A stretch of DNA of 63,618 bases, the filler included, from Basidiobolus ranarum (Eukaryota), in assembly GCA_040143965.1 (NCBI GenBank). It is 34 parts of 34 records of this genome, joined end to end, with 100 filler letters (N's around TTAATTAATTAA, not from the genome) between each part and the next. Parts side by side here need not be neighbours in the genome. Positions count along the whole stretch, not along the records: positions 48,768 to 50,537 come from JASJQH010004371.1; positions 50,638 to 52,407 come from JASJQH010004372.1; positions 52,508 to 54,277 come from JASJQH010004373.1; positions 54,378 to 56,146 come from JASJQH010004374.1; positions 56,247 to 58,015 come from JASJQH010004375.1; positions 58,116 to 59,883 come from JASJQH010004376.1; 28 more parts are not named here. One strand, written 5' to 3'. Position 1 is the stretch's first letter. The number at the start of each line of letters is the position of its first letter. The notes under the pieces were generated by a model, which had not been told where the DNA came from, did not search any database, and saw only the letters and a program-made list of their open reading frames with translations. The position numbers and the translations under genes are program-made. Below are positions 49,485-59,983 of the stretch, in pieces.

Positions 49485-49849
49485 ATATTGATACAAACTT
49501 GTGTTGGATATGAGCTAAACCTTGGGTATGAAGAACTCTATAAAAATATTCAGGACAATATAGCAATGAAACTAGGAGATTCAAAGGTGACAAATTAGCA
49601 TTTGAGTGGTAAATATGTAAATTTGAGTTATACTTTTTGCACAAGTGTTGATGCATGGTTCACTGAGATTGTAGCCAATCATGTGCAACTATTTTGCAAG
49701 ATCTTGAAATTTCACTCCTGAAACTGAAAAGATTGATTAAAATCAAATCTAACTTGAAAATTTTATGATGGCAAGTAAACAGTTAATCTCAAATGGTTTA
49801 AAATTGTGACAGTTTTCCTACAGTTACAATCCTCATATTTCTGTTAGGG
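49485..49849 (+). mobile_element. CACTA-like 'left' terminus
   Basis: Ends TTTCTGTTAGGG. Confidence 0.85.
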
Positions 49850-50301
49850 CAAAGTTAACTGTGAAGTTGAATAAATATTAATAATCCAACATCTTCATTT
49901 AATTCTTATTCAGCATTGTGTTTATATTCACCAAGGCCAATTCCTGCTCTTAACTTCTCAAAGCTTGCAGTTTTGAGTGGTTTTGTTAGTATATCTGAAA
50001 GCATGTTTTCAGTATTAAATAAATAAAAATCACTTCTTTGTCTTGACTTTTTTGTGTATAAAAGTATGTCTTATGTCCATATGTTTCATCCTTAAGTGAT
50101 GCTCAGGATTTTTGGTTATCTGAATACAACTAATATTATCTTATATATTGGGGTAGGATTAACTTGATCATATCCTAGTTCCTGGAGAAGACTCCTTAGC
50201 CATATAGCTTCTTGACAGCCATTGAGCTTGCCATACATTCTGCTTCTGTAGTTGATAATGTAACAGTTTGTTGTTTCTTGCTAAACTAACTTATTGACCC
50301 T

Positions 50302-50537
50302 TGTCACAATAAGGAACTGGACACAGACTGGGAACAACAACAAGAGGCCAGAAGGCAGGAGAGTACTTGGGTGTAGACCACAAGACAAGACAAGACAAGA
50401 CAAGAATGGACAAGGAAGATATTTTAGCAAGAATCTTTATTGATGACTGGCATTGATCAGACCTCAGTCTGATCAAGGAATACATGGGGCTTATATAGAT
50501 ATTGCAAGGTGAAACATAATATACTGAATAGGGAATA
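50302..50537 (-). mobile_element. LTR family L1 fragment
   Basis: TGTCACAATAAGG end; (CAAGA)n tract; hairpin. Confidence 0.8.
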
Positions 50538-50637
50538 NNNNNNNNNNNNNNNNNNNNNNNNNNNNNNNNNNNNNNNNNNNNTTAATTAATTAANNNNNNN
50601 NNNNNNNNNNNNNNNNNNNNNNNNNNNNNNNNNNNNN

Positions 50638-50748
50638 AATGGGGGTGCTAATGAGTGGCCTAGTCTGGGGACAATACTGAGTAATTGAAAGATAGTAGTA
50701 CTAAGATTCCCTATCTACAAGCAGTTCATTGGATTCCCAGTTATTTAT
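50638..50748 (+). repeat. Inverted repeat, left arm (111 bp perfect)
   Basis: Exact reverse complement of 52297-52407. Confidence 0.95.
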
Positions 50749-50925
50749 GCACTTGTTAGTAATATTTAGAATGATGCACTATTTTTGGCTATCAAATAAA
50801 TTGTCAGTATTTCCTACAATCGGCTATTTCAAGAGAAAATGATAGTAAATGCATTTATTGATTGTCTGCAAGGTATATGCTACGGTATATTGCTGTGCTA
50901 CGCTCATAACCTAGTTGATATAAAT

Positions 50926-51863
50926 CTATTGTTGGTACCAAATATTGCATAGAGCACCCATTCCTACCATTATTACAGAAATGCTGATCTTAGTGGATTT
51001 ACTGCTTGGAAGGATGGATGTAGATATAGTTCTAGGAGAAGAGCGACTAATTCCTCCGAAAGCAGACGAACTAGGAGTGCCATTTGCTGCCACTCCTTTA
51101 TTTTGTATCCTCCCAGCGAGAGGGGTAGCGAAGGGACCTGTGGCTGCTGTGGGAGTAGGGGTGACTACACCTAAACCATTTGTAGTGTGTACACCCCCAA
51201 AATTTCCACCATTATCTGGAAAAGTGGGTTGGTTTGGATGATCGAATTTTTGGCCATTAGAAGGGAGTGATGGCATGGCCATTCCAATATCGGTGTTAGA
51301 AGATCTATCAGCTCTTGCCTGATCATTACCATCATTGGGTTGATTGAATTGGCCGTTGTTAGGATTGATTTTAGGTGCTATCGCTGATTCTGGATTCTGG
51401 ATTGTGGGCATAGTTGTAGTAGATGCAGAATGTTCCTCAAAGGTATCCTCAAAAGGTGGTCGAGTCACTAGACCGTCTTGTAAGTTATGCCGGTCAAAGT
51501 GAGCTCTAATACACTCATTATGACAGTTGTCATCACCATTATCACATTCATTAACGCACTCTTTCGTCTCTTGAACTATATTTAAAAATATTAGCCATCG
51601 AAGCTTCGATCTTAGGTTCTCTATATCTCATACCATCTTGAATAATCGGATGTGACACGCCAACGCATTCAGCCGCACAAGCCACCCACTGAGTACTGTC
51701 CTGATCGCATTGAGACAAGCATCCTGTAATATTTCAATATTCTGTCATTATTCCCTCACAACTCCGTTCATCTCCATCTACACATACCTTGAACTTCATG
51801 GCTATCTTCTTGTGCAGCTACCAAGGAGAAGGTAGCAAGAGCAATGATAAAGATTGATTTCAT
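50926..51863 (-). CDS. Secreted Cys-rich, S/T/N/P-rich protein, probably GPI-anchored; 3 exons (51788-51863, 51634-51723, 50926-51575), ~271 aa
   Basis: Signal peptide MKSIFIIALATFSLVAA; 8-Cys domain CLSQC...CAAECVGVSHP...CVNEC...CHNEC; hydrophobic C-terminal tail; two phase-1 GT-AG introns. Confidence 0.82.
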
Positions 51864-52296
51864 GTTTGAATTGGTTGAGATGAGTTGGAGGTAAATGACA
51901 AAGAGTTGTTTGACTTCTAGTTGAAATAGTCAAAGTGATGATTGTTATTGTAACTAATTTCTGCTTTGTCGCTCATTTTATACTCGATTCGAGAGCAAGA
52001 CTCAAACAAGGAATTCAAATCAACAGACTAAGGTGTGAACCCCCCACACATTCAACTTTCCAGCACAATATCAAGCGCAAGTAGTCACTCCATACCTTTC
52101 AGTGCATCTAAAATCAGTCCTCATGATATGTCCCCACAACACGAGCTTGAGCATGCACATTTGATTTTCTTTGATTCGGTCATACTTCAGCTTGTTGACT
52201 TCTAATATCATAGATTCTATCTCTCAATTTATTACTACTCAAATATGTATGCGTATTTCATACTTGAAAAAATACTCTACTAACGAATACGAGTGG

Positions 52297-52407
52297 ATAA
52301 ATAACTGGGAATCCAATGAACTGCTTGTAGATAGGGAATCTTAGTACTACTATCTTTCAATTACTCAGTATTGTCCCCAGACTAGGCCACTCATTAGCAC
52401 CCCCATT
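52297..52407 (-). repeat. Inverted repeat, right arm
   Basis: Exact reverse complement of 50638-50748. Confidence 0.95.
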
Positions 52408-52507
52408 NNNNNNNNNNNNNNNNNNNNNNNNNNNNNNNNNNNNNNNNNNNNTTAATTAATTAANNNNNNNNNNNNNNNNNNNNNNNNNNNNNNNNNNNNN
52501 NNNNNNN

Positions 52508-52987
52508 GTTAGTTTGTTTACATCTTGACAAAACTATAAATGTCAACTCAATAAGTGAAAACCACCAATTCCTCTAATTCTCCAAACCACTTCCAACAGG
52601 CTCCCAAATACTTTAACAGTCATCTCCCAACATCTCTGAGATATATATGTCCATAGTAGATTTTATGCATTGGATTTCTGAGACATTTGGTAAATAATAC
52701 AAGCTAAGCATGATATATAAATATTTAGATCAGTATGCTTTCTCATTAATCTCCGCTTATTAGCAAATATATGGAGCAAGATTAATTCAAATATAGTACC
52801 TGGAACATATGTGCCAAGCTTAGGGCTTCTAGCACAAGTTAGAAAAATCTATACATCTTCCAACTCCTAAGCTGGTGTCAATATTCTAAGTAAATTCCTC
52901 TTGAGGTGATATCCTAGTTCAATATGGAATAGCTAAATACTAAGCTATATATGACTATATAGGTGTTTAGGCAATGCTAATTTCAAC
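52508..52987. mobile_element. LTR L5 fragments
   Basis: Ends GGCAATGCTAATTTCAACA, the reverse complement of the 35359 start. Confidence 0.65.
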
Positions 52988-54377
52988 ATTGACTTGCTTT
53001 CTATTCCAGCAAATATTGAAGTTATGGAGATCTTTGAGCTTACTTCGAAACATTCCACATGGATATCCCTATGCAGGCGCTTTATGTATCATATATCTCA
53101 TGGTGGAGACCCTTCCCACTGGTCAATGCTCTTTCCAGACTCTTTGTCAGGGTGCTGCCTTTAATATCGAAACAACAGCAAACTCAAGATTAGCATATGC
53201 AGTGATATAGACCCTCTTGTGATACATTTTCATCTCATAGGTCTAAGATCGATGCCTATAACACCACTTAGACAACACTTCACTCAATTTGTATTTCTTC
53301 ACAATAGTGTAAGAGAAGATCCATAGATTTAACTCACAGAAGTCATGCATTGTACGGTGTCATTTCCCCTCTCCTTGATAGTCAACTACCGGCCCGACTT
53401 GCTTTCAATTGCCATATCTGACTTCCTGATTCAGACTCCAAATATCACTAAATGGATCGTAGTACACAGGATATCCAACTCAAATCATTGATTATTTTGG
53501 CTTTGATACCTCTACGGTAAAGCAGTAGGGTATGCAAGTACATTCCATTTCTTAAACATGCAGTGCTACCCTGAAAAGAATAGCTAATTGTAGAGTCTAG
53601 AATAATAGACGAGTATATTTGCATGTTGTAAAAGGGTACAATACAACGCGAATCCAAATTCAACATACATTTCAACAAATATGGAAAAGTGCAAAAAAAT
53701 CTTGAACTACACAGACGAGTGACAACTTAATCAATAAGTCAGGCAGGCGCTAAAAGTTCATCTATCGACATCCAAGTAATCAAGTCTTAGATTAAAGCAG
53801 CAAGCAATCTATGTACTAGATCAAATACGATTCATCACAAAGGTTGAGTAGAAAAAACAGCCCATTACAAGTAACTAGTCGGAGTTGAACTTCTGTATGG
53901 AGGATTATGGATTAGTGATCGAAAGGTGTTGTGAAACAAAAGTGCTACTTCAAGTCAGAAAATGAAACTAAGCTCATTGAAGATTAACCTGGCTTTGTGG
54001 CGAGTAGTATTAATATACATCATGAATCACTCACCCTACATGACTTGAGAAACGTTGGATTATAATCCCATAAAGTGGAACACTTACCTTCGTTCTTAAT
54101 TACACAAATTTTAGATCTTCCACTTGTTTTCAATTTAGCTAACTTGGAACCCAGTAATCATCTTTATTCGCTGGAGTATTGAAATTTGATGCTTACCCGA
54201 TTAGTTCTTTTTTATTCTACACCCATCTGACATGATCAATATATTATTTGTTATATTTATCCATTCCGCCCCACCATNNNNNNNNNNNNNNNNNNNNNNN
54301 NNNNNNNNNNNNNNNNNNNNNTTAATTAATTAANNNNNNNNNNNNNNNNNNNNNNNNNNNNNNNNNNNNNNNNNNNN

Positions 54378-55330
54378 GTGTATTTATGCAGTCATTTAGT
54401 TGGAGTAAAAATCTTGCCCTCAGTAGCACTACTCTGATATGATATGGGAAGAATCCACATGTTCCATTTAGAGCATGATCATATGGAGTCTCAGGCAAGT
54501 CAGGCATCAATAGCCTGAGGCAGTAGCTGATGAATCTATCAAGATTGGAACAGTCTCTCTGGTTAAGTGGAAGCAGATGTGCTCCATATTCCAAAACTGG
54601 TATCACAAGCTGCTTTAGAAGTCTTTGGCAACTATGATAAGATGTATTGGGAGGTGTAACTACAAGTGACATATGAACAGCATATTTAGCCAAGATAATT
54701 CTAATTGACAGTTATATCTTCACATCACTGCCAGTTTGAGTAAATGGGAAGTGAAGATAGACTGCATGATTTGTTTGAGGGAGCTCAGTAGCATAAGAGA
54801 ATATAGTGCAACCAAGTGGAATTATTTTAGCAATGGAAAGCTCCAAGTTATTTTCTGACAGATATCTCTGAATAGTAGCTGTTTCCTGCAGAGGCAGAGA
54901 AGTAGAAACTCTGATATCATTGGCAAATAAAGTAAGCAAGGGTGCAGGTGACAGCAGAGGAAAATCATTGAGGAATATTACAAAAAGCAGAGGGCCTAGC
55001 ACAGAACCTTGCATCATACCATTTGGCACTGGATATAAACAGGAGAAGAATTCAGGATGGAGAATTCTGGTGTTACTGTCAATAAAGAGGGCCCTTACTA
55101 GTGTAGTGAAGGACTTGGAAGTCAAAGACTGGAGCTTTCTCCACAGCAGATCTCTGTCCACTGAGTCAAATGCTTTGGTAATATCAAACAGAATAGCAGC
55201 TTGTGGATATTGTAAGATCTTGTCATGACTGAGGCCTAGAGTCATATCCAAGGAGAGCTTAGGAAGGAAGCCAAATTGGCTGTTATGAAAGCATGGAAGC
55301 CTCTCATGGATGGACTTCACCACAGCAGAT
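54378..55330 (-). mobile_element. Non-LTR (LINE) reverse transcriptase remnant
   Basis: QFGFLP, LFDITKAFDSVDR, GMMQGSVLGPLLF, LFAND (YADD motif decayed). Confidence 0.9.
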
Positions 55331-55889
55331 AGAACTCAAATTGGATGGCAATAGTATGTTTGGTGAATCTGTGGATATGATGACATGGTAACTTTGTGCT
55401 AGATTTCTATACATCCAACATTTATACAAATTATGGACAATCTTTCTGTATATTCTCTGTTTTATTCCAAACAATCTTTCTATTTCTTTTACACAACTGT
55501 CACTTCTCTATGGATATTCTTGATGTTTCTACATGAAGTGACAAATATTCTATAAACTATTGATATCTTTCCCAAATTAGGAATTTGTTTAATTCAAATC
55601 CATGCTAATTGCATATAACATGCCCAATACATAATGGCTTTCAAGATCATTTCCAAAATAGAACTTAGTTACTAGCTACAAGTATGTAATTGGTTGAAGG
55701 AACATAACGATGTAGATGATTATAAAAATCAATTGGTTCAATATGGAAATGGGTAGAACCTAATCTGAGATATAGGATTTTGGGATTATATCGAAGGGAT
55801 TTTTATTTCAAACACTTGACCAATTGAATGAGCTTCTATGATGTAACTTGGATGTTTGTTAGATATCCGATTAGTTGCATCACATATAC

Positions 55890-56146
55890 GCAGTATTATT
55901 GTTTTAGCCATGGGGTAATCTATTCAAGCAATGACACATCTACTTATGGCAGGGCATTTGTTGACTGCAAGTTGGGGATATATTGGCTGAATTCTTTACA
56001 GAAATTTGCCAAAGTCCAAGAGCTTATTCTCATTGTGAACAGTAACAAGAGTCAGCTATTTGCCAAGTGTGAGTGCTATTCAAAATTTCAGATGTTTAGC
56101 AATTTTTCCACCATTAGTTTGCTGGTAAGGCATATTGATGTTGTTG
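55890..56146 (+). mobile_element. CACTA-like transposase tail
   Basis: SHGVIYSSND...FVDCKLGIYW, as in 48026-48382. Confidence 0.75.
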
Positions 56147-56246
56147 NNNNNNNNNNNNNNNNNNNNNNNNNNNNNNNNNNNNNNNNNNNNTTAATTAATT
56201 AANNNNNNNNNNNNNNNNNNNNNNNNNNNNNNNNNNNNNNNNNNNN

Positions 56247-56401
56247 AACATAGCAACCCACTGCTATTCCCAAGACATATATTAGTTAGATCTGCTCTGC
56301 TTATATATCCTGCTTAAACAGTTCTAAGATTCTGCACTTAACTGTTTCTTTGGTTCAATAAAGTTCAAGACTTTTTATCCACTTTTCTCTTGGACACAAC
56401 A
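56247..56401. mobile_element. LTR family L4 end
   Basis: Ends CTTGGACACAACA; reverse complement of 23876 onward. Confidence 0.72.
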
Positions 56402-57449
56402 GGTAGGTTGTTTCTTTGAGTTCCAAGAAATAGCTCCATTACAGCAAAGAAATAAGTACCCTGTTGCAGACCTCCTGTCTTCAACATCTCTTCCCCAATT
56501 TGCATCTGAATATCTCATCAGATCAAAGTTTGATCCAGAATATGTGTATTTTAAGCACAGATCCACAGTACCTTTCAAATATCTGAAAATCCACTTAACT
56601 GCTATGATTTGATCAGATCCATAATTTTAAAGATATTGACAAATAACTCCCACAGAATATGCAATATCTGGCCATGTTCCAATCATGATATACACCAAAC
56701 TACTAACCATAGATTGATAAGAGAATCTCTGGCTTTCATTTGAATCTAAAAACATCTGATTTGAGCCATACTTGGTCAAGTTAAGATTTGTCTCCATTGT
56801 GGTCAATACTGGATTACAGTCTTCCATTTTAAACTTCTTTAGTATATCTAGGATATACTTAGACTGGTTTAAAGTTACTGTTTTGGTAGCTCTATCTATC
56901 TTAACTTGGATTCCAAGATAGTATATCAGTTCACCAAGATCAGTCATTTTGAATTTGACTAATAAGCTGGATTTGGTTTTCTCCAAAGTCTTCAAGTCAT
57001 TGGCTGCTATAATTGGGTCATCTACATATAAGGCTAATAAAACTAGGTTTGTCTTATCTGGCCTGAAGTAGATTCTTTAGTCAGCATCACTGTTTGGAAT
57101 TTGAGTGTTTCCAAAAAAGTGTTTCTATTACAAGCTCTCAGAGATTGTTTTAAGCCATAGAATGTTTTCAGGAGTTTGCAAACTTTTTTAGGGTTTTCTG
57201 GGTCCACATATCCATCTGGCTGGTCCATATAGATCTCCTCAGCAAGCTTACCATTCAAAAAAGCAGCTTTAACATCCATTTCATCTATCATCAACTCATA
57301 TTTAGCTGCAATTGCTTAAATCAATCTAATCGATTTAAACTTTGCTAAAGGAGCAAAAGCTTCTGTATAATCTATTCCTTGTGTTTGGGAATAGCCTTTG
57401 GCTACTAGTCTAGCCTTGTACCTTTTTATATTGCCATCAGAGTTGTAAT

Positions 57450-57731
57450 TGTTGAAATTATTTAGGGAGAAATATTGGTCTGGCCAGGATTTGAACCGGG
57501 GACTTCCTTCACTCTAGCAAGGTGCTCTAACCACTGAGCTACCAGTCCTTGTATGCTATGCCTATAATGCTAGGGAACCTTAACCTAGTCTGTCAATGTA
57601 TGGTACTTTTGCATTTCAACTATACAAGCAACTGATTGGCCTTAGACTTTGTGTTCAGATGCAGTCACCATACTCTATATTTTCCTCTTTGGGAATTACT
57701 GCTTGCACCACAAGTCACCAGACTTTCAACA
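57450..57731 (-). mobile_element. 282-bp solo LTR containing a tRNA-like sequence; 5-bp TSD GTAAT
   Basis: TGTTGAAA...TTTCAACA ends; GTAAT at 57445-57449 and 57732-57736; removing the insert restores the copia RT frame. Confidence 0.88.
57476..57548 (-). ncRNA. tRNA-derived sequence inside the LTR (A and B boxes; imperfect cloverleaf)
   Basis: GGACTGG TAGCTCAGTGGTTAGAGC A CCTTG CTAGAGT GAAGG AAGTC CCCGG TTCAAAT CCTGG CCAGACC A. Confidence 0.8.
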
Positions 57732-57813
57732 GTAATTAATTTTAAACACCCAGTGGCAGCCAATTGATTTTCTACCATGAGGCAAGTTGGTGAAAATTCA
57801 AGTGTGATTATCA

Positions 57814-58015
57814 CCCTAACAGAAATTTGAGGATTGTTATTGTAGGAAAACCATCACAATTTTAATCCATTTCGGATTGACCATTTACTTACCATCATAA
57901 AATGGTCAAGTTAGATTTGATTTTAATCAATTTTTTCAGTTTCAGGAGTGAAATTTCAAGATCTTGCAAAATAGTTGCGAATGATTGGCTAAAATCTCAG
58001 AGAACTATGGATCAA
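57814..58015 (-). mobile_element. CACTA-like 'left' terminus
   Basis: Starts CCCTAACAGAAATTTGAGG. Confidence 0.88.
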
Positions 58016-58115
58016 NNNNNNNNNNNNNNNNNNNNNNNNNNNNNNNNNNNNNNNNNNNNTTAATTAATTAANNNNNNNNNNNNNNNNNNNNNNNNNNNNN
58101 NNNNNNNNNNNNNNN

Positions 58116-58962
58116 GCAGGGTATCCGCCAGATAGCTGGAAGAATGTTGATTCAGCAACGTTAATACAATGGTGGGCTTTGATGGAGATATTGATACAAA
58201 CCCGTGTTGGGTATGAGCTAAACCTTGGGTATGAAGAACTCTATAAAAATATTCAGGAGAATATATCAAAGAGACTAGGGATTTCGAAGGTGACAAATTA
58301 GCTTTCAAGTGGTAATTATGTAAAATTTGAGTTACATTTTTTGCACATGTGTTGATCCATAGTTCTTTGAGATTTTAGCCAATCATTTGCAACTATTTTG
58401 CAAGATCTCAAAATTTCACTCCTGAAACTGAAAAAATTGATTAAACTCAAATCTAACTTGATGATTTTATGATGGTAAGTAAACGGTCAATCCCAAACAG
58501 ATTAAAATTGTGATGGTTTTCCTACAATAATAATCTTCAAATTTCTGTTAGGGATTAATGTTGTTGAGTTATGTCTGATCAGTCAAGTATATGCAGGTGT
58601 AGGGATTAAACACAACAAGATTCTTGTATTTTTTGATTGTCATCATGGCTGGAATACAAAGCCTAAATATCTAAATAAAGGCATGCATATTAATTCAAAT
58701 TCCATAGCAGTAAACCCAGTAATTTGCCATTCTAAAGTTAGTTTTTTGCAAAATTGCTGAAAACTAAATAACACATGCAAAATGGGAGGATGAATAATTT
58801 AACATGTATGAATACCATCAAAATGCTGTCAAGAAGCTGCTGTCTCACCATCAAAATCCCTGGCAGAATGCAAGACACCAATATTGTGATGGTTCTCTGA
58901 TGGTTTTGCAATCCAGGAGGGAGGATTGGATCCATATCAAATCAATTTTATTTTTGCTATGG
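58116..58962 (+). mobile_element. CACTA-like 'left' end (to 58553) inserted into the 3' end of another copy (58554-~58962)
   Basis: TTTCTGTTAGGG at 58553, then transposase tail and a decayed right terminus. Confidence 0.8.
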
Positions 58963-59399
58963 CATATGGAGCAGCACATGCAGTGTTACACTGCTTCTGT
59001 TTTATCCTTAAGTTGTTGCTGTGTGATGGAGAGGGGAAATTGTCCTCCCAGACTCATTGTTGATGCTAGAGCTTTGCAACAGTTGCCTACACAGTTATGC
59101 TTAAGGTGCCTAGGCTTGTTTAGGCATGCTTCTGTCAATGAATCCTGCTGGTGTCTGCTAGGGTCCCAAGTTCTTTCTGGTATAACTCAATTGCCATAAA
59201 AGAGGAAACAATGCACTTCTCAGATTAGGGCCTCAATAACAGTCATGCAATTCATGTTGATACCTAGCTATGAATTAAAACATCTTTAGAGTTTGGACAC
59301 ACTGTGATGTTGACACTACATATGCACTCACTTTTCAGATATCCATTGGTATTGTAAATGATATATAAAGTGGTGATTTCTTTTTCTTCTTGTTGGGTT

Positions 59400-59670
59400 C
59401 ATCACTCTTGCATTGTTGATGAAGTCATGTGTGTTCTGAATCCTCTTTGTTTTATCTGGTTTGTTTCTGTCATGGTTCCCCTTTTGCCACACACTCAGAT
59501 AGTGGATTCTGAACATCCTATTGCATGCAGTATGGAGAGAAGTTTGCCACAACATTGACACTCCTGGTGCCCCTGAGTGATTGCTTCAGAAAGCCATTTT
59601 ATCAGCATCCATTTAGCACATCTGGGTATATCCACCTTCCACCACTTACTGGGATGGAGTATTATAAGTT
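59400..59670 (-). mobile_element. Probable LINE C-terminal zinc-knuckle remnant
   Basis: LIKWLSEAITQGHQECQCCGKLLSILHAIGCS (C..C...H...C); CpG-depleted. Confidence 0.5.
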
Positions 59671-59688
59671 TAAACGCCCCGATAAAAA

Positions 59689-59761
59689 TGCCTTCTGCCG
59701 GAATTGAACCAGCGACCTTCTGCTTACTAGGCAGACGCTCTGCCAACTGAGCCAAGAAGGC
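59689..59761 (-). tRNA. tRNA-Thr(AGT)
   Basis: Cloverleaf GCCTTCT..GCTC/GAGC..TCTGC CTAGTAA GCAGA..GCTGG TTCAATT CCGGC AGAAGGC A, followed by TTTTT. Confidence 0.95.
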
Positions 59762-59983
59762 TATATATCTTTTAAAAATAGGTTTTTTGGTGTAGCACCA
59801 GGCTCTGCTCAAAATCAGGGAAATTGAGGCCGAGCTGTTTTCCATAGCTAGAGGTTCTTTCTAGGAGCCTGAAAAAGCTTTCGNNNNNNNNNNNNNNNNN
59901 NNNNNNNNNNNNNNNNNNNNNNNNNNNTTAATTAATTAANNNNNNNNNNNNNNNNNNNNNNNNNNNNNNNNNNNNNNNNNNNN

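Larger units (their letters stand above)
56402..57813 (-). mobile_element. Ty1/copia RT remnant interrupted by a solo LTR
   Basis: KSIGCHWVFKIN | [40 protein letters not shown]. Confidence 0.92.

Noticed and set aside
57476-57548. Functional tRNA-Ser(AGA) or a recoding tRNA
   Set aside because: Mismatches in the acceptor, anticodon and T stems, no Ser variable arm, no terminator, and it lies inside a TSD-flanked LTR.
59495-59845. 116-aa ORF
   Set aside because: Reads through the tRNA-Thr gene into a TE remnant; not a real gene. The ORF at 33370-33609 likewise just reads through tRNA-Arg.
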